Shown here: positions 37,287 to 46,430 of the stretch, piece by piece
How the letters are laid out: each line of letters starts with the position of its first letter
Numbering within the stretch: the first letter of the stretch is position 1
DNA from: an uncultured Thermofilaceae archaeon
GTDB taxonomy: Archaea > Thermoproteota > Thermoprotei > Thermofilales > Thermofilaceae
Assembly (NCBI GenBank): GCA_964553765.1
Contig: CAZKLN010000002.1
Span: 21,890-85,889, forward strand
Length of the DNA stretch: 64,000 bases
Reading direction: 5' to 3'
Translations under genes and position numbers: made by a program
The notes under the pieces: generated by a model
The model's database searches: none
What the model was told of the DNA's origin: nothing
Seen by the model: only the letters and a program-made list of their open reading frames with translations

Positions 37287-37342
37287 GGATCAGCTTTCCT
37301 AGCCGTCTTCATATCTCAGAAGTTCCGGCGCTCATCACTTCC
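37287..37342 (-). ncRNA. C/D-box sRNA (2'-O-methylation guide), 56 nt
   Basis: Minus strand reads GGAA-GTGATGA(C)-GCGCCGGAACTT-CTGA(D')-GAT-ATGAAGA(C')-CGGCTAGGAAAG-CTGA(D)-TCC. It has two 12-nt guides, canonical box spacing and a GGA/TCC terminal stem. Confidence 0.85.
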
Positions 37343-37360
37343 TGTAATAATTGAGTTGCC

Positions 37361-37369
37361 TTTATATAA
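37361..37369 (-). promoter_or_regulatory. Putative TATA box (TTATATAAA on the minus strand) for the C/D sRNA
   Basis: Its centre lies about 23 nt upstream of the sRNA 5' end, consistent with archaeal promoter geometry. Confidence 0.45.
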
Positions 37370-37420
37370 GAACCTTTATGTAGTTTCTTAAGGAAATGTT
37401 GAAGTTTAGGTAGAAACCTA

Positions 37421-40240
37421 GTGAGCTCTATGAAAGGAAAAATAAGTACTTTGTTAACTATCCTTTTGGCATTAACCATATTATTATTCTCCTATTCAAA
37501 TGATGTGATGTATCTTTCTACAAATTTTAATGTTAAATTTGTCAAATCGCTCATTTCCTCAATATTATTTTTTATACTCTTTACATATATAGGATACCCT
37601 ATAACTAAACTACTGACTAGAGAAAAAATATCTTCCTTATTAACACTTTTTATATCTTGGAATGTAGGGATTTTGATATCTTCCTTCGTAGGAAAAGTCG
37701 CTGAGATTTTCGGCATTCTTGATACCTACACGTTGTCCTATGTACTTATGGGTATAGCATTACTTTTTTCCTACATATCAGATGCTGACGATGAAATTAA
37801 GTCATTAGCTAAAGAGATTATAAATAATAAATATTTAGTTTTTGTATTATTTTTAAGCATAATACCTATAGTATACTTAAGATTGCATTCGTTATTTCCC
37901 TGGATGCTGGCCTATGATCAGTTCGCTTATTCAAGAATAGCATTAAGTTATATAAGAGGACAGCCCAAATTAGATCTTTACCCAAGTTACCATATAGCTA
38001 TGGCACTAGCCTCTTCCCTTCTCAGGATTAATCCTATCTTTGTTTACTGGACAGCACCTTTCCTTGTGATGCCTCTGTATGTCTTAGGAATATATACTTT
38101 AGTGAGTGAAATATTTGAGAAAAAGGAGATAGCTCTTATAGCCGGATCTTTAGCGCCCTGGTTTAATGGTTGGGGATGGGCTAGTGACCCTTATACTTTC
38201 GCCCCAAGAACCTTTTTATTCCTGTCTTTTCCTTATCTTTTAATACTTATCACTCGTTCTATTAAGGAAGGTGAGAGAAAAAGTAGGTTCTTAACATCAA
38301 TTATTCCTTTAATACCTTTCCTATTTTATCTATTTTTCAAAGGTTCATCTTTAGGAGAGCCTATAAACATAATTACATTAATTATTTTTACAACGATCTC
38401 AGTTATAATATTGAGAATTATAAGAGGGAAGAACACTTACTTACCTTTACTCGTTATATCATTCTCGACTTTAACGTTACTTCATATAATTGAAGCCTCC
38501 TTTCCTTCAATGTTATTAGTAATATATGCTATAGCTCTATCTCTTCTATCTCTTTCAAGAAACTTAGGAGTTGGGATTTCCATATTCTTGTCCTTATTTT
38601 TTGCATCTTATTTCTTTTCTGACTGGATAGGTTTTAGCACTCCTATTACTGACGTTATATTAAACATAGGAAAAGCGCCTGTAGCCTTAACTAAGCTACT
38701 GGGTGTAGCAGGTGAAGGACCTTCCTCAGAGTTTAAACGAGCAATGCTTATGCAAATGTACACTCCTCTAATTCTAATTTCCTCATTAATAGGTATGATA
38801 ATATCCCTTAAATTCAGTAACTATCCAACCTATCCCTTCCTACTATTAACATCTGTAACGTTCTATGTCATATTCCTTCCATGGAAATGGCCAGCGAGAG
38901 TTGTAAACTATCTTACTACTTTAATATCATCCTATGCAGGCTTAGGACTCTATAGTTTACTTCAATATTTAAAGAAGCCCTCCACAGAACAGAGGGAGAG
39001 AGAGGAAAGGACTCGAGGAAAAAGGAGAGGTCCCCGTTTCTCCGTTGAAAGAAAGGATTATAACATGGTGTATATCCTTGTGGTAATTTTTCTGGTTCTA
39101 ATATTGCTAATTTACATTCCGGTAAGTTACTATGCGTATGTAGCTGTAATGAGGTCAAAGGGCTATGTTTACTTAAGTTTTCTTTCACACTTTACTATGG
39201 GAGATTTAATTTTTTCAGAAAAATTATGGAACTTACTCTCTAATGGAGATATACTAGTTTCCGATCCCATGACTAAAAGAGTGATAGAAGGTCTTACAGG
39301 CTTATCCTTAAGGATAGTGAGCAAAGATACGGCGAAAAAGATTATTTATTCCTACACATACCCTCTTATTTCGAAGCTAGCAAAAGGGGAAAAAGTAGCT
39401 ATAGCAGTTACAGGAAGAACCTTGTACTGGTTAGAAAGAGAGATAAAAGATGTTGTTCCAGCAATACCTCCCTTCCCTCTTAGTAGTTACGTAGGTCTTT
39501 ACAGATTAGTTTATTCTCATGACACACTCATCCCTTTAGCATATACTCCAACAGGATACCTGTTCTTAACCAAGGAAAACGTTAGTAAGAAAACCCTCAT
39601 TTATCCTATTACAGTTAATGGGAGAAAGGTAAACGTTACTTTAAGCTACTATGATAGGTATTATGCAGAGGGAAGACTGACGTTATCTGGCTCAGGAAAA
39701 TACGTGATCAAGTATCCTAAATCGTGGACCGTTGAATACATTAGAGTGGGTAAGAAGGAGCTTAATCCTTCAAAACTTAAAAGGATAGAGCCGGACATAC
39801 AAATAGTGAATGTGGATAAGAAGGCTAAGATAGAGGTGGTTTGGAGCACTAATTTACTAATGGAAGATGTGGGTTTAAGGGTACATGGTCCTAACATTAA
39901 TAGGAATATGTGGAGCACAGTATCGAACGCTACGATGAGCGTGTACAGAATACAAAAGTTGGGGATAAACTCGAGTGATTATCCTCTTTTAATAACAAAA
40001 ATTAGCGGTAGTAATGCGTTGTTTAGAATTTACATATTATTCGAAGATGGACATGGTATTATCTTACCTAGACCAGAGATGCCGGGATTTAAAGCGCCCA
40101 GCTATCCTTCCGAGCTCTTATACAAGTATGGCCCATATGACAAAGGGAAGAGGGTGGTAGCTATTTCGATAATGGCTTACCCACAGTACGATAAACCCTT
40201 TGATTTTATGATACATTATTTGATGTTAGCTCGGGGCTAA
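37421..40240 (+). CDS. Large polytopic membrane protein (939 aa), possibly GT-C-like, unknown function
   Basis: About 15 or more TM helices in the N-terminal 560 aa, a charged linker KKPSTEQREREERTRGKRRGPRF, one more TM helix, then a soluble domain of about 350 aa. There is no WWDYG motif. Confidence 0.5.
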   Translation: MSSMKGKISTLLTILLALTILLFSYSNDVMYLSTNFNVKFVKSLISSILFFILFTYIGYPITKLLTREKISSLLTLFISWNVGILISSFVGKVAEIFGILDTYTLSYVLMGIALLFSYISDADDEIKSLAKEIINNKYLVFVLFLSIIPIVYLRLHSLFPWMLAYDQFAYSRIALSYIRGQPKLDLYPSYHIAMALASSLLRINPIFVYWTAPFLVMPLYVLGIYTLVSEIFEKKEIALIAGSLAPWFNGWGWASDPYTFAPRTFLFLSFPYLLILITRSIKEGERKSRFLTSIIPLIPFLFYLFFKGSSLGEPINIITLIIFTTISVIILRIIRGKNTYLPLLVISFSTLTLLHIIEASFPSMLLVIYAIALSLLSLSRNLGVGISIFLSLFFASYFFSDWIGFSTPITDVILNIGKAPVALTKLLGVAGEGPSSEFKRAMLMQMYTPLILISSLIGMIISLKFSNYPTYPFLLLTSVTFYVIFLPWKWPARVVNYLTTLISSYAGLGLYSLLQYLKKPSTEQREREERTRGKRRGPRFSVERKDYNMVYILVVIFLVLILLIYIPVSYYAYVAVMRSKGYVYLSFLSHFTMGDLIFSEKLWNLLSNGDILVSDPMTKRVIEGLTGLSLRIVSKDTAKKIIYSYTYPLISKLAKGEKVAIAVTGRTLYWLEREIKDVVPAIPPFPLSSYVGLYRLVYSHDTLIPLAYTPTGYLFLTKENVSKKTLIYPITVNGRKVNVTLSYYDRYYAEGRLTLSGSGKYVIKYPKSWTVEYIRVGKKELNPSKLKRIEPDIQIVNVDKKAKIEVVWSTNLLMEDVGLRVHGPNINRNMWSTVSNATMSVYRIQKLGINSSDYPLLITKISGSNALFRIYILFEDGHGIILPRPEMPGFKAPSYPSELLYKYGPYDKGKRVVAISIMAYPQYDKPFDFMIHYLMLARG

Positions 40241-40243
40241 AGG

Positions 40244-40753
40244 TTAGTCTCCTAAAGGTTTATAACCCTGAAGAAGCTCTATAGCTCTCTCTAATTTTTC
40301 TATAACGCTCGTATTGTCAAGGGACTCTAAAACTTCCCCACATTCTATGCACTTAAACATGTTTTCAACAGCTTCTTCAAAGGTGTACTTCTCTCCACAC
40401 CGAGGACACACGTAATATGTATTATTTCTCTCCTGTTCTAACCTTTGTTTTAAAAGAACTAACGTCTTTCTCTTCCTATCTTCGAGAATAGTAGCTACAT
40501 CTTCATCAGTAGGTGCCCAATAGTAGATGTACCATCCTATTTTTTCATCCCTCGTCCTTCTATATCTAACTAAGTGTGATTCGAACATAAGGTTTAATAC
40601 TCTTCTTACATCATTTATGTCAAGCTTAAGTCTTTTAGAGAGCTCTTCATCGGTGGCTTCTCCTTTCTCAATTATATATTCCATGATGCTCCCTGCTACC
40701 TCCCCATATATCTTCTTAGCTAGATGTGCTAAAACCCTCGCATTTCCCTCCAA
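40244..40753 (-). CDS. tfe: Transcription factor E (TFE alpha, TFIIE-alpha homologue)
   Basis: wHTH GEATDEELSKRLKLDINDVRRVLNLMFESHLVRYRR and Zn ribbon YYVCPRCGEKYTFEEA...FKCIECGEVL. Confidence 0.9.
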   Translation of the reverse strand: MEGNARVLAHLAKKIYGEVAGSIMEYIIEKGEATDEELSKRLKLDINDVRRVLNLMFESHLVRYRRTRDEKIGWYIYYWAPTDEDVATILEDRKRKTLVLLKQRLEQERNNTYYVCPRCGEKYTFEEAVENMFKCIECGEVLESLDNTSVIEKLERAIELLQGYKPLGD

Positions 40754-41288
40754 ATTTTACACCAATTACTCTTTTTCCTCTCTTACTAGGTATAATCTTT
40801 ATTTTAGCCCTAGTAAACTCTTTCGTTAACTCTTTCCCCTTAAATAACCTATCTAAAAATACGGCAAGCGCGGCTATTTCACTATGAGGCTGATTACCTA
40901 TGGCAACGTTAAAATCAGCCATTTCGTAAACATCTCGAGGCACTTTCCCGGCACCTACTATAATCAGGATGTCCTTATTTACCTCCTTTATTCTTCTTAG
41001 AACGTCTGAGCTTTCAATGTTCTCCCCATACATCGTAAGATGAACAACTATACCTCCTTCATTCTTCCACTTCTTAATAACTTCCTTATAGGATGATGCC
41101 TTCATAACCTTAAACTCTCCACCCCAGTTCTTAACAACCTTCTCTATACTATTAAAAACGCTCTTTTCAACATCGCCTATGTATATTATCCCGTCTGAGC
41201 CGAAGGCCCTAGCTACTAGTGCAACATGGGTTGATATCCTCTCATCTCTACCTTTTCGATGTCCTAGTCTTAAAACATAGACTTTCAT
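40716..41288 (-). CDS. trm56: tRNA (cytidine56-2'-O)-methyltransferase aTrm56
   Basis: VLRLGHRKGRDERISTHVALVARAFGSDGII...IIVGAGKVPRDVYEMADFNVAIGNQPHSEIAALAVFLDRL. Confidence 0.9.
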   Translation of the reverse strand: MKVYVLRLGHRKGRDERISTHVALVARAFGSDGIIYIGDVEKSVFNSIEKVVKNWGGEFKVMKASSYKEVIKKWKNEGGIVVHLTMYGENIESSDVLRRIKEVNKDILIIVGAGKVPRDVYEMADFNVAIGNQPHSEIAALAVFLDRLFKGKELTKEFTRAKIKIIPSKRGKRVIGVKFGGKCEGFSTSS

Positions 41289-41295
41289 GGCTTGT

Positions 41296-42549
41296 TTAGT
41301 TCAACAAAAGTACATTCTCTATTCCTGCTTTGCCTCTGAGAGTTTTTAACCATTCTCTCCTACCCTTGACTAAGAGCTCAAGATAGCCGTTATATTCCGA
41401 TATAGAGTAAATATGGCAGTTCTCCTCTAACTTACTTACTATAATTTTATCGCCTTCCTTAACTTTAATTATAGCATCAGAGAGTTCTGGAAGATTCCTA
41501 AGTATGTTATCTTTAAGCTCCTCGAACCCTATCCTTTTGAGCGCTGATAAAGGAATGACTTTACTGTGGTATCTTCTAATAATCTCCAACTTTTTTCCTA
41601 AGTTATTTAACTCTTTGTCGATCTTATTAGCTACTACTATAACTTTTTCCCGAAATATTCCGAGCTTTGAGAGTACATCTAAACTGGTTTCTATCTTACG
41701 CTTTACTTCCTCCTCATTCTCGCTTATATCAACTACCATAAGTATTAAGTCTGAATATGCTAATTCCCCTAGAGTTGTGTAAAATGCATCCATAAGTAAG
41801 GGAGGTAAGCTATCTATGAACCCTATGGTATCTGAGATCACGACAGGTATACCTTCTATTTTTATCCTTCTTGACTTAGTTGATAGTGTAGCAAAAGGTT
41901 TTCCATCTACATACTCGTTAAGACCTGTAAGAGCATTAAAAAGAGTTGTCTTACCGGCACCTGTGTAGCCAGTGAGCGATATTGAGTAAACTCCACTTAC
42001 TTTTCTTCTTTTAAACCTTAGATTCTTCCATTTTCTTATTTTTTCAAGCTCTTCTTCTATTTTAGAAATTCTTGATGTAGCATGCTTATAATAAGCATCA
42101 AAGGCATACCTACCTCCTCCCATGAAACCGGGGAACTCTCCTCTTTTAGCCAAGTTTATCCACTCCTTTATTATTGAAAGTTCCCTTTTAAGTCTAGCAA
42201 GCTCTATCTGAAGCTTAGCTTCCTTACTACCTGCTCTTTTAGCGAATATTTCAAGAATGAGCTCATATCTGTCTATTACATCCACTTTCCATTTCTTTCT
42301 TAGTTTATATGCCTGGACGGGTTTTAGCTCATTAAAAAATATAACCTTTTCTACATCTTTCTTTTTTATAATGTCAGCTATTTCCTCGACCTTACCCTTA
42401 CCTATATTATAGCTTGAGTCAGGCACTCGAACCTGTTCCACTTCACCTACCACTTCATAGCCTGCAGCTTCGGCAAGCTCTCTTAACTCATATAACATGC
42501 TTCTTTCCTTCGGCATTCTTCTTTGAATTAAAAGTGCTCTCGTGCTCAT
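41296..42549 (-). CDS. hflX: GTPase HflX
   Basis: HflX N-domain (ELRELAEAAGYEVVG...ILEIFAKRA), G1 GYTGAGKTTLFNALT, G3 DTIGF and G4 NKID. Confidence 0.9.
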   Translation of the reverse strand: MSTRALLIQRRMPKERSMLYELRELAEAAGYEVVGEVEQVRVPDSSYNIGKGKVEEIADIIKKKDVEKVIFFNELKPVQAYKLRKKWKVDVIDRYELILEIFAKRAGSKEAKLQIELARLKRELSIIKEWINLAKRGEFPGFMGGGRYAFDAYYKHATSRISKIEEELEKIRKWKNLRFKRRKVSGVYSISLTGYTGAGKTTLFNALTGLNEYVDGKPFATLSTKSRRIKIEGIPVVISDTIGFIDSLPPLLMDAFYTTLGELAYSDLILMVVDISENEEEVKRKIETSLDVLSKLGIFREKVIVVANKIDKELNNLGKKLEIIRRYHSKVIPLSALKRIGFEELKDNILRNLPELSDAIIKVKEGDKIIVSKLEENCHIYSISEYNGYLELLVKGRREWLKTLRGKAGIENVLLLN

Positions 42550-42555
42550 TCTCCG

Positions 42556-43041
42556 CTAATCCCCTTCTTTAAATTCAGCTATATCTCCCAATGTAACCTC
42601 ATAGCTTCTTGAAGGTTCATGAGGGGTATATTCTTCTTCGTATTTTTCTATCAGCTTTATCTTTAGAACCTTCTCAAGTTTTCTGGCTAGGGTAAGCGAA
42701 GGTTGTAATGTTCCTTCCTCCAATCTCCTTATAGTAGAAACTTTTTCTCCAACCATAGTAGCTAAAACTTCTCTAGTTAATCCTAAATTTTCTCTAGCCT
42801 CTTTTATTCTTTCGAAATAATCCTCAACTACATCCTCCACTATTTCTTTTCTAATCCGTCTTCTTGAAGAGCGAGGTCTAAGTTGAGAAGAAGACATGTT
42901 AATGTTTATTATTTCTATGACAGAGGAGGCCTTTTTAACACATCTAGAACAAACTACCATCTCCGCCCTGTCAATTAAGGCTTTGTAAGCCTTTCCTTTT
43001 ATAAAAGCTCCACATAATTCGCATCTAAGATCCATATGCAA
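42556..43041 (-). CDS. Archaeal multiprotein bridging factor 1 (aMBF1): Zn ribbon plus HTH
   Basis: CELCGAFI...VVCSRCV and the cro/C1-type HTH LGLTREVLATMVGEKVSTIRRLEEGTLQPSLTLARKLEKVL. Confidence 0.85.
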   Translation of the reverse strand: MHMDLRCELCGAFIKGKAYKALIDRAEMVVCSRCVKKASSVIEIININMSSSQLRPRSSRRRIRKEIVEDVVEDYFERIKEARENLGLTREVLATMVGEKVSTIRRLEEGTLQPSLTLARKLEKVLKIKLIEKYEEEYTPHEPSRSYEVTLGDIAEFKEGD

Positions 43042-43082
43042 TAATAATTATTTAACAGCCTTATTATAAGGTCTTCTCGAAT

Positions 43083-43580
43083 ATGTATGAAAAGAGGAGG
43101 GAAAGACCAACATTGTTGGAGCTTGAATCATTACTCTCAATAATAAGGTTACAGTTCTCCAATGAAGTAAGCGAAATATTTATTAACAATAACTTAGAAG
43201 TAGAAAGATCTCCTAGTACTGGAAGAATTAGATATGTTTACATAAATGGGAAACTTGTGGGAAGTATAAGAGTTCAAGATGGGCGTTTTATTCCTACGAT
43301 AGATGGTGCTAAGCTCATCCTGGAGAGACTTCCTTATCCTAGAAAAAGGGTGATAGTCTCAGAGGAGGCTGCTCCTTTTATAGCAGAGGGAAAGACTGTT
43401 TTCTGCAAACACGTTATAGACTTAGATCCTGAACTTAGAGCGGGAGAAGAGGTTTTAGTTATAGATCCATACGGAAAATTGATAGCACTAGGAAAAACAG
43501 TATTAGCTGCAGATGAAATAAAGGCAAAAAGCAGAGGTAAAGCTGTAAAAATTAGAAGAGGCACCAAAAAATCTATCTAG
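43083..43580 (+). CDS. PUA-domain RNA-binding protein
   Basis: The C-terminal PUA-like segment is FCKHVIDLDPELRAGEEVLVIDPYGKLIALGKTVLAADEI. Confidence 0.65.
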   Translation: MYEKRRERPTLLELESLLSIIRLQFSNEVSEIFINNNLEVERSPSTGRIRYVYINGKLVGSIRVQDGRFIPTIDGAKLILERLPYPRKRVIVSEEAAPFIAEGKTVFCKHVIDLDPELRAGEEVLVIDPYGKLIALGKTVLAADEIKAKSRGKAVKIRRGTKKSI

Positions 43581-43890
43581 ATTTATAAAACGTAACATAT
43601 CTAAATTGTCTCCTAATCTCAACCTTTATGTTGAATTTAGATCTCAGTGATCTCTCCATTTCCCTATAAAAGTATTGATTAGCTAGCCTTGAGGGAGGCC
43701 GGATTCGTGGTACAAGTCCTCTAATAACGCTTAAGTCCGTTGTTTTACTTTTATAAGATACATATGCATATCTCAATAAAGTTCTTAGCTTGATAGATAT
43801 TCTTTTGGATCGAGTTTTATTTATAAGCTCCTGTGCTATTAAATGCACATGCTCTAGAATTCTCCGCCTCTCTATGAGGCTTGTAACCAT
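43573..43890 (-). CDS. Small, very basic protein, unknown function
   Basis: 105 aa, Arg/Lys-rich (RRRILEH...KTRSKRISIKLRTLLRY...RRQFRYVTFYKSR). No family recognised, so coding status is moderately uncertain. Confidence 0.35.
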   Translation of the reverse strand: MVTSLIERRRILEHVHLIAQELINKTRSKRISIKLRTLLRYAYVSYKSKTTDLSVIRGLVPRIRPPSRLANQYFYREMERSLRSKFNIKVEIRRQFRYVTFYKSR

Positions 43891-43963
43891 TTGATTTCAC
43901 CAAATTCTTTATCTCCTAGATATTTCTCTACTAAATAAGGTTATTGTATTTTTAATTATTAAA

Positions 43964-43983
43964 ATTTTATATTAATTTTATAT
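43964..43983. repeat. Tandem direct repeat ATTTTATAT-TA-ATTTTATAT in a 226-bp AT-rich divergent intergenic region
   Basis: Read directly at 43964-43972 and 43975-43983. May be TATA-box-like elements for the divergent genes. Confidence 0.5.
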
Positions 43984-44116
43984 CTAAAAAATAATTACTG
44001 TATATCTAAGGTAACAGGATTGCCAAAGGGAGGGAACTAACCTAACGTTAAAATATCGTTACAGTGTCATAATAAAACATAATTAGATGATTTATTCCTA
44101 AGCTTAGGAGAATACC

Positions 44117-45952
44117 ATGGGAAAGACCCTATTTTTGGAAGCCGAAGAGGAAATGAGAATAAGATACTCAGAACTAAAAAACTCGCCTCCTGAGTTTTTC
44201 GAGGAAATAGGTAAAAAACTTAGAGCAGAGATCATGCCTAAGGCAGGAGTTAACTATAAAATATATCTTAAGGAGGAACCTAAGTTAAAAGCGGATGAGG
44301 AAGAGATAGCAAAAACATTTTCACTATGTCCTCAGTGCGTGTCTTTACTTAAGGCAGTTATTTTTAAGAGGGATAATAAGGTATGGATAAGGAAGGTATG
44401 TCCTGAACATGGAGAAATTGAAGAACTGTATTGGGGAGAATATGAGCTATATCGGAAATTTAAGGAGTGGCAGTTTGATGGTAAAGGTTTATTAAATTCT
44501 CATGTACCTCTTCTAGCCTTATGTCCGTATAATTGTGGGTTATGTCCACGCCATAAATCTCATCCTGCACTTATTAACTTGGTAGCCACGAACAGGTGTG
44601 ACATTAGCTGTTGGTATTGCTTTTTCTATGCAAAGAAAGCTGGCTACGTTTACGAACCTACTCTTAATCACATAAGATATATGCTTAAGAGAGCAAGGAT
44701 GCTAAGGCCTTATCCTGCAATAGCCCTTCAGATAACGGGAGGAGAGCCTACTCTAAGGGAAGATTTAGTTGATATAGTGCGTATAGCTAAAGAGGAAGGT
44801 TATACGCATGTACAGGTAAATACACATGGAATAGCATTAGCGTTTAATCCCAAACTAGCTCTTGAGCTCAGAGAAGCTGGTACTAATGTAATATACATGA
44901 GTTTTGACGGAGTTACTCCTTATACTAATCCAAAGAACCACTGGGAGGTACCTTATGCCCTTGAAAACCTTAGAAAAGCAGGACTGGGGGTAGTTCTTGT
45001 CCCTACTTTGATAAAAGGATATAATGATCACGAGATGGGAGACATTATCAGATTCGCTTCAAAAAACATGGATATAATAAGAGGGGTCAACATCCAGCCT
45101 GTTTCCTTAACAGGTAGGATACCAAGGAAGGAGAGGGAAAAGATGAGAATAACTATACCTGAGGTTATAGCGGAAATAGAGAGACAAACTAATGGCCAGA
45201 TATCTAAACATGACTGGTACCCTGTTCCCTCAGTTGCCTCTATTTCTCGTTTCGTAGAGGCAATCACAGGAAAGCCTCAATTAACGCTAACAACGCACTT
45301 TGCGTGTGGAGCTGCTACATACGTATTTAAAGAGGGGGATGAGCTAATACCCATTACTCGGTTTATAGATGTTGAGGGTCTTTTAAGGTTCCTTAACGAA
45401 AAGGCTGAAGAGATAGAGAAAGGTAGAAATAAGTATATAGTGATGTTAGAACTTCTTTATAAATTGAGAAAGTTTGTGGATCTTAGCAAAGCCCCTAAAA
45501 GATTGAGGAGAAAAGGGCGATTACTGAAACATTTATACAAGATATTCATTAGGCACGATTATAGCTCACTTGGAGAATTTCACTACGATAGCCTATTTTT
45601 AGGAATGATGCACTTTATGGACTTGTATAACTATGACGTTTCCAGAGTGCAAAGATGCGACATACATTACGTAATGCCTGATGGTAGAGAAGTACCATTC
45701 TGCTCTTTTAACGTAATACCTGAGTTCTATAGAGATAAGGTTCAACGAGTATTTTCTTATACCTTGAAAGAGTGGGAAAAGTTATCAGGTAAAAGCATAA
45801 TGCAACAGAAATATAAGAGAAATATAAGAAAGCTTATTACCGGAAAGCCTTATAAGAGACATTACGCTAGCATAATAGACTTAGATGCTATACCTTATGA
45901 GGACCATGTGATGGCATCTAAGAAGTTCGGAGTACCTGTAGTGGAGGATTAA
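44117..45952 (+). CDS. tes: Radical SAM enzyme of the tetraether lipid synthase (Tes / GDGT-MAS) family
   Basis: Rubredoxin-like CPQC...CPEHG, auxiliary-cluster motif CPYNCGLCPRHKSH, radical SAM motif NRCDISCWYC, GGEPTLR, and C-terminal MHFMDLYNYDVSRVQRCDIHYV...PFCSFN. Confidence 0.65.
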   Translation: MGKTLFLEAEEEMRIRYSELKNSPPEFFEEIGKKLRAEIMPKAGVNYKIYLKEEPKLKADEEEIAKTFSLCPQCVSLLKAVIFKRDNKVWIRKVCPEHGEIEELYWGEYELYRKFKEWQFDGKGLLNSHVPLLALCPYNCGLCPRHKSHPALINLVATNRCDISCWYCFFYAKKAGYVYEPTLNHIRYMLKRARMLRPYPAIALQITGGEPTLREDLVDIVRIAKEEGYTHVQVNTHGIALAFNPKLALELREAGTNVIYMSFDGVTPYTNPKNHWEVPYALENLRKAGLGVVLVPTLIKGYNDHEMGDIIRFASKNMDIIRGVNIQPVSLTGRIPRKEREKMRITIPEVIAEIERQTNGQISKHDWYPVPSVASISRFVEAITGKPQLTLTTHFACGAATYVFKEGDELIPITRFIDVEGLLRFLNEKAEEIEKGRNKYIVMLELLYKLRKFVDLSKAPKRLRRKGRLLKHLYKIFIRHDYSSLGEFHYDSLFLGMMHFMDLYNYDVSRVQRCDIHYVMPDGREVPFCSFNVIPEFYRDKVQRVFSYTLKEWEKLSGKSIMQQKYKRNIRKLITGKPYKRHYASIIDLDAIPYEDHVMASKKFGVPVVED

Positions 45953-45953
45953 A

Positions 45954-46430
45954 TTGCTTTCTTTAACTGCTATAAAATTTTACTTAAGATCTGAGATACC
46001 TAGGAGAATAGACATAAAAGTTAAACCTTGCATCTATGTGATTACCCCCACAGAATATGAAATATGTGATCCTGTTAGTAAGAAAGAATTTAGCTATGAT
46101 GAGGATTTACTGATCTTTGATAAGGAGTTTAGTGGAACTTTACTCATCTCCTCTGCTGATATAGCACAAGGGGAGTTTAGGGGAGAAATTTATAATTATA
46201 GCATTCCAGATAAGGCAAAGTTCATATTAAAGGTTTACAAGATAAAAGAGGGGATAAGGGAGAAGGTTATTTACAGAGTGTATGTTATTGATGAGGGTAG
46301 TAAAATCAGAGAAGTATACTCAGAGAGACTCCCTAGGATAGGTATTTCAAATAAATCCAAAAGATTAAGAAACATTGCTAAACAACTAGGTTTAGATGTT
46401 AAAAATTTACTCAGGTTACCTGCTTGCTAA
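45954..46430 (+). CDS. Hypothetical protein coupled to the tes-like gene
   Basis: TTG start 1 nt after the tes stop. 158 aa and no recognisable motif. Confidence 0.4.
   Translation: MLSLTAIKFYLRSEIPRRIDIKVKPCIYVITPTEYEICDPVSKKEFSYDEDLLIFDKEFSGTLLISSADIAQGEFRGEIYNYSIPDKAKFILKVYKIKEGIREKVIYRVYVIDEGSKIREVYSERLPRIGISNKSKRLRNIAKQLGLDVKNLLRLPAC

Noticed and set aside
37421-40240. Assignment of the 939-aa membrane protein as the AglB/STT3 oligosaccharyltransferase
   Set aside because: There is no WWDYG motif and no DK/MI-type motif. Only the general architecture is similar, so it stays as unknown/GT-C-like.
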